A stretch of DNA of 64,000 nt from a virus (taxonomy: Duplodnaviria > Heunggongvirae > Uroviricota > Caudoviricetes): IMG/VR virus record IMGVR_UViG_3300033069_001366, positions 47,108-111,107 of that record. One strand, written 5' to 3'. Of the stretch, positions 1 to 12,200 are shown one piece after another. The translations under genes and the position numbers were made by a program. A model generated the notes under the pieces. It was not told where the DNA came from, did no database searches, and saw only the letters and a list, made by a program, of their open reading frames with translations. How positions within the stretch are numbered: the stretch's first letter is position 1; every line of letters begins with the position of its first letter.

Positions 1-163
1 AGTCCATTAATGACCTTCTTTCACCTTCTTGATTAGTGAAAGAGAAATTATAATCTAATACAGGAAGACCTTCATTATCAAGTCTCCCGTTTCCAAACCA
101 ATCCTTAAAGTCCTGAGTATCAATAAGATTTGCAATGCGTTCTCTATTTTTAGAGAGAAACAT
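1..163 (-). CDS. Partial CDS, N-terminus only. Translation starts MFLSKNRERIANLIDTQDFKDW and the gene continues beyond the window start.
   Basis: The reverse complement of plus 161-163 is ATG, and an open frame runs from there to position 1, directly after the giant ORF and on the same strand. Confidence 0.35.
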   Translation of the reverse strand, partial: MFLSKNRERIANLIDTQDFKDWFGNGRLDNEGLPVLDYNFSFTNQEGERRSLMD

Positions 164-217
164 TGAATTTATTTTTTGCCCAAGAAAATTAGATTCTATA
201 TTACAATATGCCATTTT

Positions 218-3200
218 TTAACAAGGTATTTGTTGATCTGATATATCAAATCTAGATTTATTAAATTCAATTGAGTAGTTCTTTCCAGATGTAAAGTTAT
301 GAAAAAATTGAATATCTTTCTCTTTAGCCCTTCTTTTTTTAGAATCTTGTTCTGATTCAGGGTTAAATAGATCTTTTATACCATACATCATTTTATAAAC
401 ATTCCAATTATATCTTTTGTTATTCTCAATAAACATTAGAGCAAACATTTTCATTTCATTCCTCTTTTTCATTGCTTTAAGTAACTGGTCTTGTTCTGAT
501 AAAACTTGTCCAGGTAGCTCACCCATTTCCTCTTTATAGTTGTTTATTGCAGTATCTATGAAAAACATCCAGAAGTCTGTAGGTAATAAGTCAGAAAAAT
601 TATCACTTACATTACTTGCCCCACTCTGATAAAGTGATAAGTAGGCTAATTCTGTAAAGAATGTACTTATATTTATCCTATCTTCAGGTGAAAACTCTTC
701 AGGTAACAAGAAATGAACAGGATTAAAAGTCATAAGATTTTTAAATTCTTCTACTAAAGTATTTAGATTATTTACATCATTATCATCTCTCTCAAAGAAA
801 AGATTTGAAGCAACATAGTTATCTAAAGGATTTCTAGATGTCTCATTGTCAAAGTTAAACATAGGAGACTTATTCTCTTCTTTTAAACTTTTAACAAATT
901 GAATCTTCTCTAAAGATGGATATCTTTTAATTAATGCTTTTAACTTTTGTCCATAACTAACAAAATCTTCTTTTTTACTTATATTATAAATATTTTGAAT
1001 GAAATATTTAGAAAAATTATAAGACATTTTTCTTTCAGATAAAGTTTTTAGCTTATCTTCTGATTTATTTTTTAAATCAATAACTTTATTAGGGTCTTGG
1101 ACTAAATATTCAGAGATATGTTTTCTTGTATTTGATATAGGGTCATAAATCTCAATATCTAAGTTATAATAATTTTTATATATATATTCTAAGAAATCAT
1201 TTTCTATAACATCAATCATTTCAGTTTTTACAGTCTTTCTCTCAAAAGCTTTACTTAAGATATTTCTTATCATAGTCTGGTATCCTGCGCCAAATGATTT
1301 ATTATAGAAAATATCACTTAAAACCTTTATTGTTTTTGAAGGATTAAAGATTGAATAAATAGACCTTTGATTAGTAAGTTTCTCAATTCCTTCAATATTA
1401 AAAAATCCAGAATTTTTGATTTTATCTAAAGCAATCTCTTGATCTTCTATAGAATATATATTCACATCTTTGATCCTGTCTGCAGACAGGTTGTACAAGA
1501 GACCACTAAACATTGCTGCTTCTGTATCAGCTATAGCAAAATATTTTAAAATATCTGCTTGTAATTCTTTATTTGGTTTAGTAAAGGATTCCTCCATCTC
1601 TTCTTTACTAAATTTAGTAGCTTGGTCAAACTGAGAAGATAATACTGCACCTGGTCTTCTTACTGATGGATTTAATTCAACTAATATTCTACCATCTTCC
1701 AGTGTAGCATATGTAGTTGTTGTAGTATCATTCATATTTTTACCTTCAAACATAATAGGTATATTATTTGAATTTGCTGTAAAATAAATAGCATGAGATA
1801 ACTTGTAAACTGACCCATAAAATGCTCTACCTTTACGGAAAGTTTCGTATAACTCAATTAAGATTGGTTGATTCAAGAAAAGTAAAACATTTTCTACAGA
1901 AACTCCTTTAGAAACAAGATATATAAATATTTTCTTATTTATATCATTGATACCAGCAATACTATATATAGGGTCAGCCTGTAAGTCAATAGTTAATGAC
2001 ATAAATTCATCCCATATATTAGCAATAAACATTAAATCTTCAGAATACGCACCAAAACTATTATCATTATCCTGTTTTAAAGGATTAGATATTTTCATGG
2101 TATAATCTTTAGTCATACCTGCGTATTTCCATGTATCATTTGCTTTAAGTCCAGCAAAATTTAACATAGAAAAACTCCTTCTCATAATTGCATAAAGTCC
2201 TAAAGAACCTTGATGTACATTATAATCTCTATGAATCTTTTGTTCAATTAAGTAAGAAATCTTTTGAGAGCCAGTTAATGCATTAGGTTCAATAATTTCC
2301 CTTTTTGTTAACTTTTGAATTTTTTCAATAACAGCCCTCATATTTTTTGTAGAGGATGGGTTAACTAACAAAGGATAGTAATGCTTATTTAAGACAGTAT
2401 CTATGCTACTTTTTAGTACGTCATTACTATTTGATTTATAATATACACTTAATTCCTCTAAAAGACCTTCAAATCTTTTATCTACATTCTTCCTAGGTTT
2501 TTGAGAATATTCTGAAATTTTTTCTTGAAGGGTTTTTAAAGTTCTCATATAAGAACTTAAAGTATCATCTAATTCAATTTCTTCTTTATAATTATTAACA
2601 ATCTCGTTAAATATACCATTTGATCTATTATATACCCTATCAAAATTATCTTTATCAATTTGAGATAAATCAAAAAGAATAACCTGCATTAAAGTTTCTT
2701 CAAACTTATCTAACTGTTTTAAGTCTTTAGTAAATTGTCTATTGAAGTTAGCAATTTCACTTTGCATTCTACTATATTCAGATATATCACTAGTGATAGC
2801 ATTTATATCTGCGAATATTTGATTGATATTTCTTGCCTTTGTTTTACTATCATACAAACTACCATCCTTTCTAATAGAAGGGAATATCAAGTTTGATTTA
2901 TCAATATCAAAGTCAGAACCTGTTTTAACAATATATTCAGGAGGAGTAATAATTATATTACCTGCGGATTCTGGTAAAAATTCCATAATCTCACCAACAT
3001 CTATAAAGTTGTTATTATTTGTTGGAATTCTATATGCATAAACCATAAGTTTATCCATATGTTTTGCCTTCCACTCTTTATTTTTTATAGCTTTATTTAG
3101 ATTATCTAAGGTTTTAATTTTTTTACCATTATACTCTAAGTTTAAAAGGTTTTTAAAATCACCCTGTAGAGTTATTTTAATCCCCATTGGACTAGTACTG

Positions 3201-6200
3201 ACTATATTACCCTCTTTGTCATAAACAAAATCATAATATTGCAGCCTTTCTCCTGTTTCTCTATATTGTTGTAATTCCTCAACACTAGCATTTCTAAATA
3301 AAGACTTACCTGCTGCAGTTACTTGGATAGCTGCAGTTCCTGGAAGTCTTAGAATCCTAGTTTCTTCATCAATAATACCACCAATTGATTTCATTAATCT
3401 AGCTCTTGAGAAGAGCTTTGAGAAGTCAAGATTGTATTCTCCTGTTTGTTCATTAAGGTCAAGTGCATCCAGAACATTATTTGGAAGCTTACCTTGTTTT
3501 GCCATCTTCTTAAGGAAGGAACTAAATCTTTCCTCTGAGATAAGTGTAGCTTTACCATTTTTTATTCTTACTCCTATTTGATTATATAATACCTGAGATT
3601 TGTAGTACATCAGGTTTTCAAAAGCCTGATGATAATTTTCTTCATTCTTCAGAATTTTAGCATATTCTACAGGATCTGATAGTAGCTCTTTTGTGTATTT
3701 TACATCAAACAATGAGTTCTTTTGTTGAATACCAACAATATTAGTTTTCTTAAATTGATCAGTAGATAACTGAGTCTTAAAATTACTTCTAAGGAAAACA
3801 GATGCATTTCCAGAATGTAATATTCCATTTTTCTTATCGTGAGTACCATCTTCTTTAAAGAAATTGATAACCTCACCTTTTACACCTTTTTCTACAGTTT
3901 GAAATTTAACATAGTCACCATTATTTTCAATTAATTGTTCCATTACAGCCTCATCACCATAACCTGTACCTAATAAAAATTCAGGAATAAGAACTTCCAG
4001 TGACATTTTATCAAATGAAGTTTCAAGTGGATGAGATTCATCTGTAAAAATATATGGTCCTGTATGAGACATTTTTAAAGGGTTAAATCCTTTAAATGGA
4101 GTTTTAATTAATTCCTCATCTTGCTTTCTCAATAAATCACCACTTTCACCTTCTTCATAGAGTCCATGATGTTTTCTATATATTGCAACTTGTCTATTGT
4201 ACTCATTTTCATCAGATGGTGACCATGCATTATGTAATGTTTTCATGATTCTATAAGAATCAAGACTCATCTTAGCCTGACCATTACCTACTTTAATATC
4301 GTTATATTGTTCTGTCTCTATCTTAATATCTGAACCTGTTTGCTTTCTATAGTTCTCCATATTTCTATCAATACTAGCAATATAAGGAGAGTTTAATTTC
4401 ATTTCTTTAATAGTCCATGAAGTTAACTTTCTGAAATCTTTTTGTTTAAATCCTTTTAATGCACCAAGAGATTTTTCTGACAATTTATTTAACTCTTTAT
4501 TAATACTAGGAGTTATAATAATTTGTGTACCTGTATTTGTTGAAGCTTTACCTCTTTTGAATACGTTATCAAAACTACCAGCATCACCTAATACCCATGA
4601 GTAGTACTCCACCCTATTAATAAAGTGGTTTAATACGTAAAGTTTAGCTATAGAAGGAAGAGCTGTATTTACATCAGAACCTACAGTAGCAGTTTGTTTT
4701 TTAGTTTCCTCTATCTCCTGTTCACTCATTTTTTTAGAAGTATCATCATTAGTGACAGTTTCAACATTAGCACCTCTAACATGTACATTTTTTAAGATAC
4801 TTATCTGTCTTGAAGAAAGATTTTTTAAATTAACACCATCATTACCTTTTTCTAATTCATTTATTATATTTGTAAAGTATTCAGCTAAGTTTTTAAATAC
4901 TCCTTCTTTATGTTCAGTAAAGATATCATCTATACTTTTCTTACCTATTTTATCTAGTATCTCTCCAGGATTTTCTATAATACCATCAAATATATTAAAT
5001 TTAATTTTATCTTTATATTTGGATTCATTTTTCTTATAATACTGAATTTTTTCAAGTTCCATTAAAAAGTAGTCACCAAAAATTTGCTGTAACTTTTTTC
5101 CAGTAATCTCATCTTTAGTCATAGAAGCTTCTGCTGGAGTTATAGCCATATAAACTTCTTTCTGACCTATACCATGTTGTCTAGAACCATAGTTATTTAG
5201 ACCAAAAGCAAATGCAGTAGAAGAGTCCGCAGCTCTTGGAATCTCGAATTTTCCACTTTCAAGAAACATTAAAATGTCAAAAAATACTCTATCATGCTCA
5301 TTCAAATCATTAGGATGAACTGTCTGATAAAGCCCACTCTGTTTAAATCTAAATGAAGATAAGTCAGATAATTCTATTTTTACTTTTTGGAAAGTCTCTT
5401 TTTTTCCAAACCAATAATTATTCCTATTACCATCTTTATCAAACATTAACTTATAAAATAATGTTCTTTGAAGATACGTTTTCTTATTTGGGTTTATAGG
5501 ACTTAATTCTTCTTGGAAGTCAAAATCTTTGACATTTCTTACAGAGTTTAAGAAATGAGTTCTCTCTGTAATTAGAGATTTTTCATAAGCTGGATATTTA
5601 GTTTTACCATCTCCAGATACATATGAACTATTTAGATTTTCTATAGCAAATCTTGAATCTATCTTTATTAGATCTGAAAAATTTTTCATTAAAGAATATA
5701 TCTCATAAACTGAACCTTTAAAGTCTATGTATTTTCTATCTTTGAAAAATCCAATAGGATTGTCAATTTTTGTTATGTATACAGGATTAACTTCTTTATT
5801 ATTGATTTTATCAAAAGTATGTCCCATAAGGAAACTTCTTATTGCTTTCTTTCTAGAATAAGCTGCTTCCTTATCTTCATTACTAGCAATTTTTTGAAAA
5901 TCAACAAGGTCTGAAACATTAGCCATTACAGTATCAAGATATGATCTATAAATTTGGAAGTTTTTAATCATGAAATTAAAAAGCTCTCTTGCTGTAGAAG
6001 ACAATTCACTATCCCAAAATTCTTCAGATAATTCAATACCTATATATCTAAAGAATTCCTTTTCATCTGCAACTTCACTAAATGGAAAGAAAGGATTAAG
6101 TCTTAAGATACCATCTATATTATATACAAGATTTTTTAAACTTGTATCTGTTTTAAGTTTATTTAATGTTAACTCATCATTAATAGTTCCTGTTTCTTTA

Positions 6201-9200
6201 TCTAATTTTACAGCATTGAAATTACTTCTCCATTTTGCTAATTTTTTATTAATACCTCTTCTATTCAGTTCACCTACAGAAGCTACTAATTTATGTTTAT
6301 CAGGATTACGATCATAGTCTACAAATAATTCATAGTTAGTAATATGAGGTAAACTCATAATATTTGTAAATGAATTAATAAATGCAAAGTTTTCAGCATT
6401 ATCAATTTTAGATGATAATGTTTCTAAATCATTAGCAATGAATCTTGCCTGAGGGAATTTTTTAACAAATGCCTCTGATTTAAGTACAAGAATCATATCT
6501 TCAATTGTCCTAGTGTTCTTTAACATTTCTTTTACGTTATTGAACATTGTTTTGGAGTCAACTAATTCTTTAAGTCCTAATTCATTATATTTAAATACAA
6601 AATTTCCATTACTATCAATAGAATCAACTTGAGGTAAAGAAAGAAAATAATCTTTTATTTGCTTGGATGCTTTATCAAAAGCATCCTCATCATTAGCCCC
6701 TTTATTATATGTTGAAGTTTTTTTACTTTCAGTTTCTGAACCTATTTCGTCCATATCTCCATCAATCACTTCTATAAATGTATCATCGAGTTCATTAACT
6801 TCCTTTTCAATATCTTGAATAGTTTTATCTTCTAAAGGAGTAGGATTATTTACAATAATATCACGAAGAGCCTGTATAGAAGACCTTGATAAGTATGCAT
6901 CATAGAATATATTAAAGTTGTTTTCCTCTAAGAGATTATCCATCTCTTTAGCAGTATTTATTCTTTGTCTAACATAATCTATGTTTAAACCATTAATTTT
7001 AGCTGTTCTATTGACTATACTTTCTTCATCATTATTAATAGCATCCATATAGTAAGTATACTTACTTTCAGGATAACTAAATTCTTTTAGTATTTTTTCG
7101 TGAGCATCTTGTAAAGCTCTTCTTACATTACTTTTTAAAGTTTCAGGTCTTTTAAGAACTCTTAAGAAATTAGGAGCTAATCCCATTTTCCTAAGTAGAT
7201 CCGAAACAATACCATCTACAGATTTTATATATAAAGGTATTCTAGAAGGAAGAATAATGTTGTTACCATCCCTATCATAAATCCCTGCATTTAACCCACT
7301 AAACATTACATTAGATACAGACCTAGTATATTTTTCAATAGAGCCATTATAAAGATCATTAAAATATCTTTCTGCTAATGGTCTATAATTAAAAATAAAT
7401 TTAATAAAATCCCAAAGTCTTTGGAAAATACCTTTTATACCTTTATATTTTTCAGGATTTTTAGGGAAACTATATGAAGCAGGATCTTTAGCAAATCTCA
7501 TAAACTCATATGCTAAAAATTCTTCTATTTCCATAAAGGTAGAATCCTTTGTATTTCTTGCATTACCTTTTTCATCAATATAAGGAATAGCTTCTTTTTG
7601 AATAGATGTATATAAAATATTCTTCTGTTCTCTAGTTAAGTATAACTGAGAAAATTCATGCCATCCTTCATGATAAGCCACACCATCTAGGAATCTTTTA
7701 TAGAAAGTTGTACCTTGAGTAGTCCAATAAGCAGCAGTTTTATCATGAACCATTGCAGACAATCTGTACTTAAACTTACCTTTAAACATTCTCTGAACAT
7801 GTTCTAATTGAGGTTTCATTTTCCCCCAATCAATCTCCTCATATCGGTTATTGAAAACCATTTCTAAAGGTTCAACCTCATCTTTATTTCCAAATGTTGG
7901 TTGTTCAGGAATACCAGTATTATTTTCGTCAATCTTAATAGTAGCCTCACGTATACTTTCATATGAAGAAGCTATATTTAGCTGACTTATAGTAAAATCA
8001 TAAGCATAAGTTATTCCTAATACAGTTTTACCTCTGTATATATCTGGTAGATCAGATTCTTTTAAATCTATATAATCTACATTTAAATTACTTGGTGCAA
8101 CAGGTAGTAAATTATTATCATTTTGTGCTTTTAATACAGTAGTATATGTAAAATTAATAAGAGTTGAAATAGGGTCTACACTGAACCCTGCTTTCTTTAA
8201 AGACTCTCTATAAATATGAAGCTGAGTAGCGTAATTCTCAAGTTTTGTTATATTACCATATTTTCCAGGTTTTGTAAGTTTATCTGAAGTTACCTTTACA
8301 TCAAATACTTTTACATTTCCATTTTTATCAATACCTATAACATCCACCTCACCATGCGTAAATCTTTCTGTATTAAATTCCATAAATGTTTTTACTGCAG
8401 GGATAAGGTAATACTCGTCAGATAACTGGTCTATTATATTTTGAAAGTTTTTAATATACCTAGTCAAAGTATCTGCAGTCATTATAGAGCTAAGTTTAAC
8501 TTTAGAGTTACCTACTATAAACTGGGTATCTAAATTTGGAATTTCTCCATTAGTTACCATCTTAAATATTTCATCTACTGCAGTACCTAAATTTATATAA
8601 ATATTAGGATCAAGTGATTTTATTTCTTCAAAAGGTCTAACTATATTACTAGCACGGAATCTTGCCTTACCAGCTTTATTTGCAAAAGTTTGAGCTTGTT
8701 TATGATAAGTTTTAATTTTGTTAGCAACCTCAGTTTGTATAGTAGTTCTGATTATTTCTTTCTTCTCTTCTACTTTTACATAGTTTTCCATTAAAACCTT
8801 CTTAGGCATTTGCTGTCCATCTTCAAGCTCAATAGTATTACCTTTAATAGAAGATACTCTTATTTTTATACTTGGATCTTTTTTAAGTTGATATAGACCT
8901 ACTTCTAGGTTATCTTCATTTACTCCTGAGGTAGGCTCTTTTACATTCTGTACAGATATTAAACCATCTTCATTTAAATCAAGCTTAAAAAGAAGTCTTT
9001 TATTGATTTTAACAAATCTAGTATCACTAGGTCCCACTTTTGCTTTTATAGCTCCTGACCTAAAGTTATTATATAAGAAATTTTGTGCTGAGATTGTTGC
9101 ATTATTACTTAAAGGAATCTTAAGTTCAAATGTATCAAAAAGTCCTCTTGAGTAGTTTATTTCCATATCCCATAAACCACCCCTTCCAGGAACTGATGTA

Positions 9201-12200
9201 TTAAATTTTATTTCAATATTTCCATCACTATTAAAGTGTATATTGGCATATTTTGAATAAGCAAATGTTCTAAGAAAACTAAAGAATTCAAGATATTCAT
9301 CAGAGTTTTCAAATAGTTTATTTCCTTTATATTCATCTTCTAAACGGAGAACTCCTTTATCACTTAAAACTTGAATTGCTCCATATAATCTAGTATCGCT
9401 AGTAATTTTTTCACCATTATCAAATACCATCTCTCTTAGAGATGTTCCTTGAAGTGGGATGTATAATTTAGAAGGTATATCATATATATAAGGTCTACCA
9501 ATCTTAATTCTTTGTGTTAAAGAACCATCATTATTTGGACCCGAATCCCATGAACCTCTTACATAATCTACAGTATATCCATCTATTTTTACATCAAAGT
9601 CCTGTTCTGTAATATCATTATCATCAACCATTTGTTGAACAGTTCTCATGTTCTCCCACTTAGCTCCACCAGAGGCAAAGCTATTATCTTCTAGATTTGA
9701 TGTAAGAAGTCTTCCTGCAAGTATATACCCAACTGTTCCTAAAATAGGAACTTTATTATGTAAGGCTTCATAAAGAAGTGTCTGAGGATCTTTATCAGAT
9801 TTAAATCCTGATTTAATAGAACCTGGCTTTTTTGTAATTTTACTACTTCTAGATATGTTTAAATTAGCTTTTGTAAATAATTCAAACTCAAATCTAAAAC
9901 CATGTATCGTACCCTCTTCTTTTTCTACAATATCACCTTTATCATTAAAATAAAGATAATTACCTTGTTCATCAGCAAGAAAAGCAACTATTTCAGGGAT
10001 AGTAGTAAACTTAGTTTCCAGACTAAATTTCTTATTTTCATCTGTAAGAAGTTCGAATTTAAGTTTTATAGGTTGTGGATTTTCAGCTATTTTTTCTAAA
10101 ATATAATGCTGTTTTCTTGCTAGTTTATCAGATTCAGTAGTAAGACCACCACCTTCTGCTAACTCTTGAGGGTTTACAGTAACAGTTGCTATTTCCCCTT
10201 GCTGTCTTGATAAATCAACAAAGTGACTGATTATATTTTCTTCGCTATCTTTTTGAGGGAACTCAAAGAAATCCTTATCTCCATCAGAAGGAGGTATATT
10301 TATTGAGTCATTATCTCCTACTTCAGGAGTATCCTCTAAAGGTTCTGCTTTTTTAAATTCTTCAATTTTACCATCTTTTGCAATATCCTCTGGAGATTTT
10401 CCTGCAGGAGGGATATTATTTATAAACCTTTGGAACTCGTCCTTTACTATTTTAGGGACATCTTCGTTTTTAATTGGATTTATTTGCTCATTTTCATCTT
10501 CAATCCAGAAAAGGTCTGGTTCATCCTTAAAGACTGCATATGTTTGATTGTTATACTTTATATCATAACTATCTCCTACGTCTTCAATTTTTACTTCTGG
10601 TTTAGATTCAGGAGCTTTTTCTTTAGTTCCATAAATATCTTTATAAGCCTGACTATTCTTTTCTCCCTCAGAAGGTTCAGGTAATAAATCTTCATTAAAT
10701 ATAGTAGAAATAGCCTTTCTTACAACTGCAGGGTTGGCAAGTTTTGGATATTCTTTTTGTAGATACCCTCTTACAAATCCTTTATCCATATTTCCTACAG
10801 CTTGTTCTAATTGGTCAGCAGTATCTTTATCATTTGAATCTAAAGCATTAATAAATGTCTTTAATGTATTTTCATCAGGGTTTATCTCAGGGGTTTCTTC
10901 TTTAGTAGGTTCTTCTTGAGTCTGAGGTTGTTCTTCAGCAGTTTGTAATTTCTCTTCTGCTTTTTTTAAATCTTCTTCAGCTTGTTCTTCTTTCTCTTTA
11001 CTTTTAGCAAATTCTTTTGCAAGAGGAACTAAGAAGTTTGCAATTTGATCATTAAATCTAATGTATTTAGTATTACCTGTAGCTAAAAAATTATTCAGAT
11101 CTAAATTATCCTGATAATTCTTTTGATATTTTAGATAATCAATTAAATCATCTCTTTTAGACCTATTAAAATCTTCAACTCTCCTTGATAAAGGAGCTGT
11201 ATTTTCCCAAGAACCTTGGGTTTTTATAGAAGCTTCTACATAACCTTGAATTTCATCTGCAAGTTCTTCAATAGGATATTGCTTTTTTTCAACTAGTGTT
11301 TTTATATTATCTAATCTACTAAGTGCCTCTTCAATATAATTTTTTCTATCTTCATTAGTTTCTATTTGTAATCTCTTAGTTAAATTATCTATTAAAGGTT
11401 TAGTGTTACCTAAAAAGAAAATATCCTCTAAGAATGAATAATCTGCCTTAGAGTTTAAGTCATAAGGATCAGATGATAAAGATTTATCATTTAATTTAGA
11501 TAAAATCTTCTTAGCTTCTTTAGCTGCATTTAACATGTTTGCTTGAGAAAAAACAGAAGCTTTATGCATTTCTGTTAATCCAATCATAGCTATCTGATGA
11601 AGATTAAATTCTCCATATATTTCCTGTAGCTCATTAAATATAGCAGGATCTAAATTATCTACATCTACCTCACCTTTATCATTTTTAGGAAGAGTTAGAA
11701 GAAAACTATCATACTTATCTTTTGCGTTACTATATGCAGTAGCTGCTACTTCAAAGTCAGATTGAATAAGCTTCTTTTGATTCTCGAATATTTTCTCGAA
11801 TTCTTTGCTGTTTTCTTGTAAATTTGAAGAAAAGTTCTTAATAGAAGACATTAATTGTTCCTGAGACTCAGGAGTTAAATATTCCTCTTTATCAATTTGC
11901 AGGGTATTAGCAAGTGTTTCAAAATCCATACTTGCTAAATTTTTCATCTTCTCAATCTGTAAATCTATTTTACCTGTTTGTAATCCATTATATAGGAATC
12001 TTAAAAGTTGAATATTTTGAGCATTTTTTAAATTAAAAATGTCATTTTTATCAATAAATTTACCAGCAACATATTGAGTTCTTCTATCTTTTATAAAATC
12101 TAAAAACCCATCTGTTTTAAATATATCTGCTATACCTTGAGCATTTAGAAATGCTGCAGTTTTCTTAAGATTTGCTATGTATCTTTCCTTTTGGATTTTA

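Noticed and set aside
2823-3041. Small plus-strand ORFs (60-136 aa) nested antisense inside large minus-strand genes, for example 2823-3041, 4752-5039, 5970-6317, 9902-10099, 10430-10684, 21543-21838, 22313-22648, 36886-37296, 47416-47655, 52178-52441 and 54644-54868.
   Set aside because: They are fully contained within long, well-supported minus-strand ORFs. Their composition is low-complexity (Leu/Phe/Ile/Ser-rich), as expected from antisense reading of AT-rich coding DNA, and they have no motifs.
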